A DNA stretch of 64,000 bases, taken from the NCBI GenBank assembly GCA_041495285.1, contig JBGQCJ010000002.1, positions 13,541 to 77,540 on the forward strand, in the 5' to 3' direction. Below are positions 54,786-64,000 of the stretch, piece after piece (within the stretch, counting starts at the first letter, position 1; each line of letters starts with the position of its first letter). The notes under the pieces are model-generated. The model worked only from the letters and a program-made list of their open reading frames with translations. It had not been told where the DNA came from and did no database searches. This DNA comes from Verrucomicrobiia bacterium. GTDB taxonomy: Bacteria > Verrucomicrobiota > Verrucomicrobiia > Palsa-1439. A program made the position numbers and the translations under genes.

Positions 54786-56912
54786 CCGCCGGTACACCGC
54801 GCCCGCGCACCCGTACAACGCCGCCGCCGTCACCAGCACCGCCGTAAAGCCGAAATCCATCGCCAGCACGCTCGCCAGCACCGCGCCGATCACCGAGAAA
54901 CATCCGTTCACGCCCCACGCCCACGGTAGCAACGCCGGTGAGATTCTTGCCAGCCCGAGCGGAAACATCATCCCCATGAAAAATGCCGGCGGCGCCAGCA
55001 ACGCGGCCGTCAGCCCGGCCCGCACGAGTTCGTGCGCCGGCAAGAAGAAGTTGAATGCCGCTGACAAACCAACCGCATAAAACAGCGTGATGATGGCGAT
55101 GGCGGCGGCCGGCCCGCGCGCCGCGTTCACTCGCCTCCCGGCCTGCGTCGCGCCAAGTCCCGCGAATACGAGAACCGTCGCGATCACCACCGCTGCCGAG
55201 TACAACGGATTGCCCAGGAACAGCACACACTTCTGCATCAACGCGATCTCCAGAAACATGAAACCGAGTCCCAGACACCCGAAGTAGAGGAAGACGACGA
55301 ACCGCGAACCGCGAACCGCAAACCGTAACGGCACCCCAATCAACACCGCGCTGGCAACCACCGCCTGCGCGAGCGTCGCCACGAGCACGACGTAACCCCA
55401 CTCCACAAACGGCACCCACTGCCGGCCCATCGTCCGCAGCAAATGCGGCGCGGTCTTCCAGCGGAAGAAATGGAAGAAGTACGGCTTCTCATCCGTCGCC
55501 GGTCGCACGTTGAACAAATGGTCGCGGTAAAACTGCTCCCGGTCACCGAACAGAATCGTCTGCGCCGCCCGAAAATACACCGGCTCGTCCATCACATTGC
55601 GCTGATTCACATCCCGCTCGGTCGCGCCCGGAAAATAGTCCACGTCGAACGCCCGCTCGTCCGCCCAACGACGCACTCGGCCGATCTCGTCCGGTGAGAA
55701 CGGAGAGCGTTTCACCAGCAGCGTCCCCGTCGCCCAGCCGCGGATGAAGAGGAAATGTTTCGCCAGCTCGGCGATGCCGCTGCGCTCCAGCGCCTCCACG
55801 GCGGTTGCGAACATTTTCACGTTGTCACGCGCCGGCGTTTTCAGCCAGCGCGTGATGCACAGCACGCCGTTGTCGCCCAGATGCCCGATGAATTCCTGTA
55901 ACGCCTCGACCGTGTATAAGTAGCTCTCGTTGGCGGCACCCACGCCGGAGGCGCTCGTCGCCAGAGAATCGAGCAGACTGATTTGAATCAGATCGTAACG
56001 GTCGCGGCTGCGACGGATGAACGCCCGGCCTTCCGCGACGCGCACGCCCGGCGACAGTTCCGCAACGCGCGGATGCAACTCGACTCCGGTCACTTCCGTC
56101 GCACCGAACCGGCGGGCCTGCTGCAATTCTGCGCCACCGCCCACACCGATCACCAGCACGCGGTTCATGCGCCACACTTGGTACGGCGCAGCCGCCGGTA
56201 ACCAGTCGAGGTAATCGAGCGGCCCGGCACGATTGATCGCACTGCCGCCGTCGCCGTCCACGAACACGACCTGTTGCGTCGGCATCGGGCCGGTGTACGC
56301 CATGCTCAAACCCGGTGCGACGCGCAGCGCCGGACAGTCCACTACATCCACGCGTCCGAGTGGATGATGCGCTGTCCACGCGATGCGTGCCCCCGACATC
56401 GCCATCGCTTTCTCCAACCCCTTGTACTCGCTGAGTCTGACCGGCAACGGCAGAAAACAAAGCAGAAGCCCGGCAATCGCCCCGAGGCCGGAGCCGAAGA
56501 GATTGGCGGCGTACGTCACGCCCACGCGCCCGCGCTCGCGCGACCGAGCCAGCGCGAGGCCAATCGCCAACGCGCCGATCGTAAACGGCACGAGCAGCAA
56601 CAGGTAAACCGCGAACAAGAGGAGGAGTTGCCTTGGTTGCCAGACAATCAGCATCGGCGTGAACGGCACTTGTTGCGCCAGCCATGTGCATACCGGCATG
56701 GTCAACACAAAGCCCACAGTGCAGAGCACAAAGCCTCCTCGCAACCGTTCGCGCCACAGCGACAGCACGGTGCCGCTCAACCCGAAGCCGAGCAGCGCGA
56801 TGCTGATGATCATCGCGGCGAAGTGATGCCATTGCGCGATGGAGAACATCCGCATCAGCACCACCTCATAGGCGAGAATCGCTGCCGAGAGGAGAAACAC
56901 AACCGCATTCAT
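54774..56912 (-). CDS. polytopic membrane protein fused to a spermidine/spermine synthase-like (AdoMet MTase fold) domain
   Basis: 712 aa. About seven N-terminal TM segments, a central domain VLVIGVGGGAELQQARRFGATEVTGVELHPRV...YDLIQISLLDS (aminopropyltransferase-like), then more TM segments at the C-terminus. Confidence 0.8.
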   Translation of the reverse strand: MNAVVFLLSAAILAYEVVLMRMFSIAQWHHFAAMIISIALLGFGLSGTVLSLWRERLRGGFVLCTVGFVLTMPVCTWLAQQVPFTPMLIVWQPRQLLLLFAVYLLLLVPFTIGALAIGLALARSRERGRVGVTYAANLFGSGLGAIAGLLLCFLPLPVRLSEYKGLEKAMAMSGARIAWTAHHPLGRVDVVDCPALRVAPGLSMAYTGPMPTQQVVFVDGDGGSAINRAGPLDYLDWLPAAAPYQVWRMNRVLVIGVGGGAELQQARRFGATEVTGVELHPRVAELSPGVRVAEGRAFIRRSRDRYDLIQISLLDSLATSASGVGAANESYLYTVEALQEFIGHLGDNGVLCITRWLKTPARDNVKMFATAVEALERSGIAELAKHFLFIRGWATGTLLVKRSPFSPDEIGRVRRWADERAFDVDYFPGATERDVNQRNVMDEPVYFRAAQTILFGDREQFYRDHLFNVRPATDEKPYFFHFFRWKTAPHLLRTMGRQWVPFVEWGYVVLVATLAQAVVASAVLIGVPLRFAVRGSRFVVFLYFGCLGLGFMFLEIALMQKCVLFLGNPLYSAAVVIATVLVFAGLGATQAGRRVNAARGPAAAIAIITLFYAVGLSAAFNFFLPAHELVRAGLTAALLAPPAFFMGMMFPLGLARISPALLPWAWGVNGCFSVIGAVLASVLAMDFGFTAVLVTAAALYGCAGAVYRRLQA

Positions 56913-57604
56913 CGCTGCGACTGGCGGGTCAGCGGCACGAAGGCGACCGCCGCGACGCTGCGGGTGCGGATTTTACCGGCCTCGTCTTTCTCCACCACCA
57001 CGAGCCATTGCTGGAGGAACGGGCTGCCCAGCGGAATGACCATGCGGCCGCCCGGCTTGAGTTGTTCGATCAGCGGCGGCGGCACATGGTCGGCGGCGGC
57101 GGTCACGACGATCGCATCGAAGGGCGCGTGCTCTTTCCAGCCGAAATAACCGTCGCCGAATTTGACTTGGACTTTGTCGTAGCCGAGACGCTTGAGCCGG
57201 TCGGTCGCCGACTTCGCGAGCGGCTCGATGATCTCCATCGTCCAGACGTTGGTGGTGATTTCGGCGAGAACGGCGGCTTGATAGCCGGAGCCGGTGCCGA
57301 TCTCCAGCGCCTTGGCACCGGGTTTCAGCCCAGTCAACTCCGTCATCAGCGCGACGATGTACGGTTGCGAAATCGTTTGGCCGTAGCCGATGGGCAACGG
57401 GCCGTCGGAGTACGCGGCATCGCGCCAGCGTTCGGGCACGAACTCGTGGCGCGGCACCTTGCGCAGGGCGGCAAGCACGCGCGGGTCGGTCACGTCGCGC
57501 GCCTGAATTTGGGTTGCGACCATCCGTTCCCGCCGCGCGTCGAAATCGGCGGCGGCCGCATGGCTGACGATCAGGATGATCGCGATGGCAACGGTCCGCA
57601 GCAT
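56909..57604 (-). CDS. pcm: protein-L-isoaspartate O-methyltransferase (with signal peptide)
   Basis: 231 aa with GYGQTISQPYIVALMTELTGLKPGAKALEIGTGSGYQAAVLAEI and GGRMVIPLG. Confidence 0.95.
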   Translation of the reverse strand: MLRTVAIAIILIVSHAAAADFDARRERMVATQIQARDVTDPRVLAALRKVPRHEFVPERWRDAAYSDGPLPIGYGQTISQPYIVALMTELTGLKPGAKALEIGTGSGYQAAVLAEITTNVWTMEIIEPLAKSATDRLKRLGYDKVQVKFGDGYFGWKEHAPFDAIVVTAAADHVPPPLIEQLKPGGRMVIPLGSPFLQQWLVVVEKDEAGKIRTRSVAAVAFVPLTRQSQR

Positions 57605-57620
57605 TGGCGGCCCGCTCGAA

Positions 57621-58139
57621 TCAAGCCGTTTCTTCTTCGGTCACCGGCCTGTGACCGCCCTTGCGGGCGAGGTACTCTTCAACGCGAAGCAGATTCTTCT
57701 CACCGGCCCGCTGGATGACTTTGAGCAATTGATCCATCGAGGAAACTTCCTCGAGCTGCTCTTTCACGAACCACTGTAAAAACGCATCGGTGGTGTAGTC
57801 GGCTTCCTTCTTCGCCATCTCGACGAGCCGGTTGATTTGCCGGGTGACTTCCTTCTCCCAATCGAGCGACAGCTTCACCGCTTCTTCCGCGGTGGAGAAC
57901 TTCGATTTGGGGGAGGCGACGGCGGGAACGACCACTTGGCCGTCGGCATCCACGAGGTACTTCACGAATCGCATCGCATGGTCGCGCTCTTCTTGGGCTT
58001 GCTTGTAGAAGTGGGCGGCCAATTGCGGTAGGGCTTCGATGTCGAAGTGCGCGGCGATGGCCACGTACTGCAGCGAGGCGCCGAACTCGTTGCCGATTTG
58101 CTGGTTGATCGCGTCGTTGATCTTTTTGCTGATGAGCAT
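57621..58139 (-). CDS. ftn: ferritin (non-haem, Ftn-type)
   Basis: 172 aa with INQQIGNEFGASLQYVAIAAHF...EERDHAMRFVKYL...FLQWFVKEQLEE di-iron ligand patterns. Confidence 0.95.
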   Translation of the reverse strand: MLISKKINDAINQQIGNEFGASLQYVAIAAHFDIEALPQLAAHFYKQAQEERDHAMRFVKYLVDADGQVVVPAVASPKSKFSTAEEAVKLSLDWEKEVTRQINRLVEMAKKEADYTTDAFLQWFVKEQLEEVSSMDQLLKVIQRAGEKNLLRVEEYLARKGGHRPVTEEETA

Positions 58140-58179
58140 AGTGCCGGTAGAATGCGGCGGGTTACGCCCGATTGCAATT

Positions 58180-58533
58180 CTATAATTGGATGGGGGGCTT
58201 CAGGGATGCCGGGGAAGGAGCGACCTTGTCTTTGGCGTGGTTCATCGCCTGCCGAATCATCAGGGTGGCAAACTCCCGGAAACTCTCCCGCTGTCCCACT
58301 CGGTAGGCCTTGATGGCATCCCGCAACGCCTCTTGCCCGGCGGGATAGAGAAGCTGCGGATTGATCTCACGTCGCGAAACTTCCACGGCCTGCACGCGCA
58401 CGGTCTGATCCATGATCCGTAAAACGTCCCGCCGCGCCTGCCGGCCCAGAAATCCCTGAGCTTTCTTGACCAGCTCAGGGCTGACTTCCGCCGTCGGCCC
58501 GTCCTGAAGAGACTTGTAATTAATGCGAATCAT
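58180..58533 (-). CDS. small hypothetical protein with sigma-70 region-2-like segment
   Basis: 117 aa from ATG 58533 (the longer ORF to 58656 overlaps trpD). EALRDAIKAYRVGQRESFREFATLMIRQAMNHA resembles sigma-70 region 2.1/2.2 (F..YA..WIRQAI). Regions 3 and 4 are absent. Confidence 0.5.
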   Translation of the reverse strand: MIRINYKSLQDGPTAEVSPELVKKAQGFLGRQARRDVLRIMDQTVRVQAVEVSRREINPQLLYPAGQEALRDAIKAYRVGQRESFREFATLMIRQAMNHAKDKVAPSPASLKPPIQL

Positions 58534-58597
58534 GAATTCCTGCGCTCCGCGATCCAGCGCCCCCAACGAAAAGCAAATCCAGTGCCCGCCCGACTCG

Positions 58598-59647
58598 TTA
58601 CCGGTTCGTCGCCTCAACAAATCGCACCAACTTCTCCGTTGCGGCACCGCTGTCAATCAACTCCGCCGCCCGCTTCCAACCGGCGCCAAAATCGTTGACT
58701 ACGTCCGCCACTACCAACGCCGCCGCCGCGTTCAGCAACACGATGTCGCGCCGCGCACCACGGTCCCGGCCACCCAGAACGTCGCGCACGATACCGGCAT
58801 TGGTCGCGGGATCGCCGCCGGCCAGTTCGGCCAGCTTCACCTCGACACCGCGCCACTCGGTATGCGGCACCCGAAAGTCGCGCTCGGTTTGTTCGATGCG
58901 ACCGGCCCAAATCTCGGCCACAATATTTACACCCATCGTGGACAACTCGTCCAGCCCATCGCCGTGCACCACCATCGCGTGCTTCAACCCCAGCAAGCGC
59001 AGCACTTCGGCGTACTTGCTCACCAGTGCCGGCTCGAACACGCCGACCAGTTGATGCGTGGGTCGCGCCGGGTTGACGAGCGGACCGAGAATGTTGAACA
59101 CCGTCCGCTGTTTATGTTCCGCCAGCGTCTTGCGTACCGGCGCGATGGCTTTGAACGCGGGATGATACAGCGGCGCGAAAAAGAACGTTACGCCGGTCGT
59201 CTCCAAACAGCGCCGTGCCGCCTCGGGCGCGAGTTCGATCTTCGCGCCGAGCGCCGCCAGCACGTCGGCGCTGCCGCACTTGCTGGTGATGGCCCGGTTG
59301 CCGTGCTTGGCGACGGCGACACCGGCCGCCGCCGCGACGAACATTGTGCACGACGAAATGTTGAACGTGTGCGCCATATCGGCGCCGGTGCCGACGATGT
59401 CCAGCACCGCGCCGCCATATTTCGCGGGATCAATCTGCGGATCAACCGCGCGCGCCCGCAACTCAAGCGCAAACGACGCGATTTCACCGGCCGTCTCGCC
59501 TTTGCGGGCCAGCGCGGTGAGAAACTCGGCCTTCGCGTCGTCCGTTGCACTATCGTCCAGCAACGCGCGCACGGCGTCGGCCACCTCGTCGCGCGAAAGA
59601 GCGCAACTCCCGGACAACTTCAGTGTTAGATCCGGCAAACCCGTCAT
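58598..59647 (-). CDS. trpD: anthranilate phosphoribosyltransferase
   Basis: 349 aa with DIVGTGADMAHTFNISS, AKHGNRAITSKCGSADVL and NILGPLVNP motifs. Confidence 0.95.
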   Translation of the reverse strand: MTGLPDLTLKLSGSCALSRDEVADAVRALLDDSATDDAKAEFLTALARKGETAGEIASFALELRARAVDPQIDPAKYGGAVLDIVGTGADMAHTFNISSCTMFVAAAAGVAVAKHGNRAITSKCGSADVLAALGAKIELAPEAARRCLETTGVTFFFAPLYHPAFKAIAPVRKTLAEHKQRTVFNILGPLVNPARPTHQLVGVFEPALVSKYAEVLRLLGLKHAMVVHGDGLDELSTMGVNIVAEIWAGRIEQTERDFRVPHTEWRGVEVKLAELAGGDPATNAGIVRDVLGGRDRGARRDIVLLNAAAALVVADVVNDFGAGWKRAAELIDSGAATEKLVRFVEATNR

Positions 59648-59709
59648 GTCCTGAAAATGCTACCACAACCTGACGAAAAGTGTTAGGATGTGATGAAAGG
59701 TGCAACACT

Positions 59710-60642
59710 ATGAGCGCTAATAAGTTGTCCGTGCCCCGGGGCGCGATCGTCGTCGCGGCCCTCGTTTTTGCAACGCTGACCGGAGCCTCGGTTTACTCGA
59801 CGTGGCAGGCGCGAAGCAATGCAGAAAAACTTCTGCAGGCCGAGTCCCAGCTCGATCAATTCAAACAATCTCAGTCCCACGACGGCGGCGCAGACACCGC
59901 TTCGTTGCGCAAACTCTTGGACGAAAAAGATGCCGCGTACATCGAATTGGCGGACAAATACGACCAGTTGACGCGCCAAACGCAAACGCAACAAGTTGCC
60001 GCGGCCCGGATGCAACAAACTGCTGCATCTGCGTCGGGTGGCCCGGCCACCCGCGCCGCGAATCGAAATGCTTGGATGGAGCGATTGCGTCAACAAGACC
60101 CCCAGCGTTACCAGCAGATGGTGTCCGCGCGCCAGCAACGCCGACAACAAGCCGAGCAGGCGTATCAAGACCAGATGGATGATCTCGATGCACGCGTGGC
60201 GAACCCTGCCTCGCCCGGGGAGGCCGACCTGGTTGGCAAGATTTCCGACACCCTCGATCAGGTCAATCAGTTGCGCCAAAAGATGCAAGACCTCCGAAAT
60301 TCCAGCAACCCCGATGACCCCGCAACCCAGGCTCAAATGCAGCAAACCGGTGAGCAACTGCGCACAGCATTCCAGCAATTGAGTGATTTGCGCAATCAGG
60401 ACCGAACCATGCAGTACCAGCAACTCGCGACGTCGCTCGGCTTGACCGGCGACAAGGCGGAAACACTCGCCACATCCATTCCACAAATCCTGCAAAACAC
60501 CCAATACAGACCTCAAGGGGGAGGGGGCGGCGGTCCCGGTGGCTTCTTCGGCGGCGGGCCGGGCGGTGGCGGCACCGCGGGCAATACCGGCAGCAGTGGC
60601 ACTTCCCAGTCGTCCTCGCCGTCCACGACCACGACAAAGTGA
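59710..60642 (+). CDS. membrane-anchored Gln-rich coiled-coil protein with Gly-rich/Ser-Thr tail
   Basis: 310 aa from ATG 59710. TM anchor (AIVVAALVFATLTGASVY), long Q-rich helices, and a C-terminal GGGGGGPGGFFGGGPGGGGTAGNTGSSGTSQSSSPSTTTTK. Its stop overlaps the GTG of the next gene. Confidence 0.7.
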   Translation: MSANKLSVPRGAIVVAALVFATLTGASVYSTWQARSNAEKLLQAESQLDQFKQSQSHDGGADTASLRKLLDEKDAAYIELADKYDQLTRQTQTQQVAAARMQQTAASASGGPATRAANRNAWMERLRQQDPQRYQQMVSARQQRRQQAEQAYQDQMDDLDARVANPASPGEADLVGKISDTLDQVNQLRQKMQDLRNSSNPDDPATQAQMQQTGEQLRTAFQQLSDLRNQDRTMQYQQLATSLGLTGDKAETLATSIPQILQNTQYRPQGGGGGGPGGFFGGGPGGGGTAGNTGSSGTSQSSSPSTTTTK

Positions 60643-61883
60643 CGGACACGCCCCGGCATTTCTCCGCGCTGGCCCGGCGGTTGGGCGAACCGCCCATCAG
60701 TTGGCTGATGAAACTGGCGCTGGAACGTCGCCACCTGATTTCCTTCGCCGCCGGATTCACCGACAACGAAACTCTCCCCGTCGAAGAAGTCGCGGCGCTG
60801 ACTCGCGAAGTTCTCTCGCGCCCGAAGACCGCCCGTGCCGCGCTGCAATACGGCACCACGATCGGCCTGCCACAACTCCGGCACGAATTGCTGCGCCGGT
60901 GGCAGAAGCAGGACCGCGTGGCCAAAACGAAGTTCGCAGCCGACGATGTTGTCGTTACAAGCGGCTCTCAACAACTTCTTTACCTCGTCAGCGAAGTCCT
61001 CTGCGATCCCGGTGACGTCGTGCTCGTCGAAGACCCGACCTATTTCGTTTATCTCGGTATCGTCGAGGCGATGGGCATTCGCGCTGCCGGTTTTGGCTCA
61101 ATCGCTCACCTCAAATCCCGGTTCGACGAGTTAAAGCGCAGACGGCTGTTGTCTCGCCTCAAACTGCTCTACCTCGTCACGTACTTCCAGAACCCGACCG
61201 GCCACACGTGGTCGCTCGACGAGAAACGTGAAGCGTTGGCCATCGTGAAGCATTACGAGCGCGTCGCCGGTCATCCGATTTACATTGTTGAAGACGCGGC
61301 CTACCGGGATTTGCGCTTCGAGGGCAACGACGTGCCGTCGTTCAAGTCACTCGATCCGCGCAACGAACGCGTCGTATACACCAACACGCTGACCAAGCCG
61401 TTCGCCACTGGCATCAAGATCGGTTACGGCATCCTACCGACGCCGCTCATGCGCGCCGCACTGCGCAGCAAGGGCAACCACGACTTCGGCAGCTCGAACT
61501 TCCTGCAAACGATTCTTGCTCGCGCGCAGGCCGAAGGTTTGTACGAGCGTCATCTGCCGAAGATCGCCGCCGGTTACCGGCGCAAACGCGATGCAATGAT
61601 TGCCGGGCTTGATGCGAACTTCCCGACGTCCGCCCGGTACGAGAAGCCGCACGGAGGTTTGTACGTTTGGGTCGAGTTACCGGCGCGAATGAATACCGGG
61701 GCGAAGAGCCGTCTCTTCAAGCGTGCGCTGGATGCCGGTGTGTTCTACGTCCCGGGCGAGATGTGTTACTGCGCCGATCCCTCACGCCGCATTCCGCAGA
61801 ACTGCATGCGCCTCAGTTTCGGCGCGCCGACCATCCCGGAAATCAAGAAGGGCATCCGCTTGTTGGCAGATGCCCTTGGGTAA
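60639..61883 (+). CDS. PLP-dependent aminotransferase, class I/II (LysN/ARO8-like)
   Basis: 414 aa with ISFAAGFTDNETLP, QYGTTIGLPQLR, YLVTYFQNPTGHTWS, a PLP-Lys region TLTKPFATGIKIGYG, and MRLSF near the C-terminus. Confidence 0.85.
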   Translation: MTDTPRHFSALARRLGEPPISWLMKLALERRHLISFAAGFTDNETLPVEEVAALTREVLSRPKTARAALQYGTTIGLPQLRHELLRRWQKQDRVAKTKFAADDVVVTSGSQQLLYLVSEVLCDPGDVVLVEDPTYFVYLGIVEAMGIRAAGFGSIAHLKSRFDELKRRRLLSRLKLLYLVTYFQNPTGHTWSLDEKREALAIVKHYERVAGHPIYIVEDAAYRDLRFEGNDVPSFKSLDPRNERVVYTNTLTKPFATGIKIGYGILPTPLMRAALRSKGNHDFGSSNFLQTILARAQAEGLYERHLPKIAAGYRRKRDAMIAGLDANFPTSARYEKPHGGLYVWVELPARMNTGAKSRLFKRALDAGVFYVPGEMCYCADPSRRIPQNCMRLSFGAPTIPEIKKGIRLLADALG

Positions 61884-61897
61884 TTCGGTTGAGGTTC

Positions 61898-62164
61898 TTA
61901 CGACGCGGCGGCTTCGACGGCGGCCGGATCAATGTTGACGCGGCGGCCGTTCTTGTCGAAGCGAACTTTGCCGTCGGCCAGAGCGAAGAGTGTCCAATCG
62001 CGACCGGTGCCGACGTTGCTGCCGGCGACGAACTTCGCACCGCGCTGGCGGATGATGATGCTGCCAGCAGAAACCAGCTCGCCACCAAATCGTTTCACAC
62101 CCAGCCGCTTGCTGACCGAATCGCGTCCGTTGCGTGAACTGCCTTGTCCTTTTTTATGTGCCAT
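61898..62164 (-). CDS. rpmA: 50S ribosomal protein L27
   Basis: [45 protein letters not shown]... Confidence 0.97.
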   Translation of the reverse strand: MAHKKGQGSSRNGRDSVSKRLGVKRFGGELVSAGSIIIRQRGAKFVAGSNVGTGRDWTLFALADGKVRFDKNGRRVNIDPAAVEAAAS

Positions 62165-62178
62165 GGCGAAACTCCTGA

Positions 62179-62496
62179 CTACTTTACAACAATCTCTTTG
62201 ATCTTCAACACGGTATGATGCGCGCGGATGCCGCGTTTGCGGTGATAGCCTTCACGGCGGCGGAATTTGAAGGCGATGACTTTCACGCCCTTCTTGTCCG
62301 GCTCGACAACTTCGGCGGTCACGCGCGCGCCTTTGACGGTCGGTTTACCCACGGTGATCTTCTCGCCGTCGGCCACCAGTAGCACGTCTTCCAGCGCGAT
62401 TTCCTTGCCCTTCTCGCCGTCGAGCAACTCGACTTCGAGCACGTCACCGGGCTGGACGCGGTATTGTTTTGCACCTGTTCGAACGATTGCGTACAT
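62179..62496 (-). CDS. rplU: 50S ribosomal protein L21
   Basis: [23 protein letters not shown]...[27 protein letters not shown]. The ORF is open to 62547, but the L21 homology starts at M18. Confidence 0.97.
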   Translation of the reverse strand: MYAIVRTGAKQYRVQPGDVLEVELLDGEKGKEIALEDVLLVADGEKITVGKPTVKGARVTAEVVEPDKKGVKVIAFKFRRREGYHRKRGIRAHHTVLKIKEIVVK

Positions 62497-62621
62497 GGGA
62501 ATCAACTTTCTTTCTTCTCGCGAAGGCGGTGAAAAATAGCGGAACAACCGGCCTCCGTCAACGCTTATCTTTACCCTGAAACATTGACGAATCCCGCAAG
62601 CCGCGGCACACTTGTTGGGTC

Positions 62622-63890
62622 ATGAATATTGGGTTTCTCTCGACGCGGTTGGCCGGAACAGACGGGGTGACATTGGAGACAGCCAAATGGGCAAAGGTTT
62701 GCCGCGGGCTGGGGCATAACGTGTTCTTCTGCGCGGGCCAGCTCGATCCCGAACTGACGCCGTCCATGCTGATGCCCGAGGCCCATTTCACGCATCCCGA
62801 CATCATCGCTCTGCAGCAGAAATGTTTCGGCGTCCTGATACGCTCACCGGAAACCACCGAACAGATTCACGCGATGCGGCGCAAGCTGAAAGCTGCCATT
62901 GCGGAGTTTGTTCGCCAGTTTTCCATCGATGTGCTTGTACCGGAAAACGTGCTCACGATCCCGATGAACCTTCCCCTTGGACTCGCCGTCACGGAGTTCA
63001 TCGCCGAGACCGGCATTCACACCATTGCGCACCATCACGATTTCTACTGGGAACGGCAGCGCTTCAGTGTCAACGGTGTGCAAGACATTCTCGACGCGGC
63101 GTTCCCGCCTAGTTTGTCGAGCATCCGGCATGTCGTCATCAACACGCCCGCCCGCCGCGAACTTGCCCAGCGCAAAGGCGTCCCGGCGTCGCTCATCCCG
63201 AACGTGTTCGATTTCGACACGCCGCCGGCGCCCGCCGACGAATACGCCCGCGATGTGCGCGAACAACTCGGCTTGAAGTCTGACGACATTCTCATCCTGC
63301 AACCGACGCGCGTCGTCGCCCGCAAGGGCATCGAACACGCGATTGAATTTGTCCGCCGGCTCAAAGAACCGCGCGCCAAGCTCGTCATTTCGCACAGTGC
63401 CGGCGACGAAGGCATGGAGTATTACAAATGGCTCGGCGACTTGGCGCAACTCGAGGGCGTGGACGTTCGGTTCGTCGCCAACCGTTTCAGCGAAACGCGC
63501 AAAGCGGATGAGCACGGCCAGAAAATCTACACGCTCTGGGACATTTACCCGCACGCTGATCTCGTCACCTACCCCAGCGTATACGAAGGATTCGGCAACG
63601 CGCTGCTCGAAGCGATCTATTTCCGCAAGCCGGTCCTCGTCAACCGGTACTCCGTGTACATGCTCGACATCGAACCGCTCGGCCTCCAAACGATTGCGAT
63701 GGACGGTTATGTCACGGACGCTGTCGTCGAACAGGCGCGGAAAGTTCTCAACGACCCCGAACTCCGCGCGAAAATGGCCGAGCACAACTTCGCCGTTGCG
63801 AAAAAGCACTTCTCGCTCGCCGTCCTGCGTCGCCGACTGCACAACCTTCTCGAAACCGCCGGGTCAGACCCCAGGGGAGAATTCACGTAA
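62622..63890 (+). CDS. glycosyltransferase, GT-B fold (family 4-like)
   Basis: 422 aa. N-terminal MNIGFLSTRLAGTDGVTLET and a C-terminal donor-binding half with YPSVYEGFGNALLEAIYFRKPVLVN (the E-x7-E region). Confidence 0.85.
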   Translation: MNIGFLSTRLAGTDGVTLETAKWAKVCRGLGHNVFFCAGQLDPELTPSMLMPEAHFTHPDIIALQQKCFGVLIRSPETTEQIHAMRRKLKAAIAEFVRQFSIDVLVPENVLTIPMNLPLGLAVTEFIAETGIHTIAHHHDFYWERQRFSVNGVQDILDAAFPPSLSSIRHVVINTPARRELAQRKGVPASLIPNVFDFDTPPAPADEYARDVREQLGLKSDDILILQPTRVVARKGIEHAIEFVRRLKEPRAKLVISHSAGDEGMEYYKWLGDLAQLEGVDVRFVANRFSETRKADEHGQKIYTLWDIYPHADLVTYPSVYEGFGNALLEAIYFRKPVLVNRYSVYMLDIEPLGLQTIAMDGYVTDAVVEQARKVLNDPELRAKMAEHNFAVAKKHFSLAVLRRRLHNLLETAGSDPRGEFT

Positions 63891-64000
63891 CAGTTTCTCG
63901 TACCGCCGCGCGTACGCCCGCAGCGAATACTTCTGCAGCACCACGCGGCGGTTGTGGTCGATGAGCTGTTGTGGAGGGCGCGCGAGCAAGCGACGCATGA
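63864..64000 (-). CDS. partial CDS (C-terminus only; continues past the right edge), possibly another glycosyltransferase
   Basis: Minus-strand reading gives ...MRRLLARPPQQLIDHNRRVVLQKYSLRAYARRYEKLLREFSPGV*, with its stop at 63864-63866. The tail resembles GT4 C-termini. It overlaps the convergent GT gene by 27 nt. Too short for the ORF track. Confidence 0.35.
   Translation of the reverse strand, partial: MRRLLARPPQQLIDHNRRVVLQKYSLRAYARRYEKLLREFSPGV

Overview
This is a high-GC (about 60%) chromosomal segment that looks like a PVC-superphylum, Verrucomicrobia-like genome. The taxon call is an inference from an H-X9-DG prepilin-like protein and many TPR/GT-C membrane proteins. I call about 60 tightly packed protein-coding genes, many joined by 4-nt ATGA/GTGA start/stop overlaps. 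I saw no rRNA, tRNA, CRISPR array, transposase or integrase.

Housekeeping genes I recognise are gap, gmhA, lptF/G-like, acpS, pdxJ, glnD, tkt, aat, queA, trpD, pcm, ferritin, rpmA and rplU.

Noteworthy content:
1. A clear fluoride (crcB-motif) riboswitch leads a five-gene translationally coupled operon: crcB, DUF190, MFS, DapB-like oxidoreductase and a DEDDy exonuclease.
2. It sits back-to-back with a sigma54-type promoter driving a mini beta-barrel protein, amtB and glnK.
3. In a 16-kb locus, a HlyD adaptor and its ABC-2 ATPase/permease are separated by four intercalated polytopic GT-C-like/TPR membrane proteins. A pseudopilin, a 966-aa secreted protein and a fifth close paralog follow.
4. 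An S55 peptidase, beta-propeller/FN3 protein and MacB/FtsX-type ABC operon has its propeller gene split by one in-frame TAA. A perfect (GAAACCC)x4 heptanucleotide repeat lies at its 5' end.
5. A low-GC orphan gene is fused to the 3' end of glnD.

All functional calls come from reading the ORF translations by eye. No database search was run.
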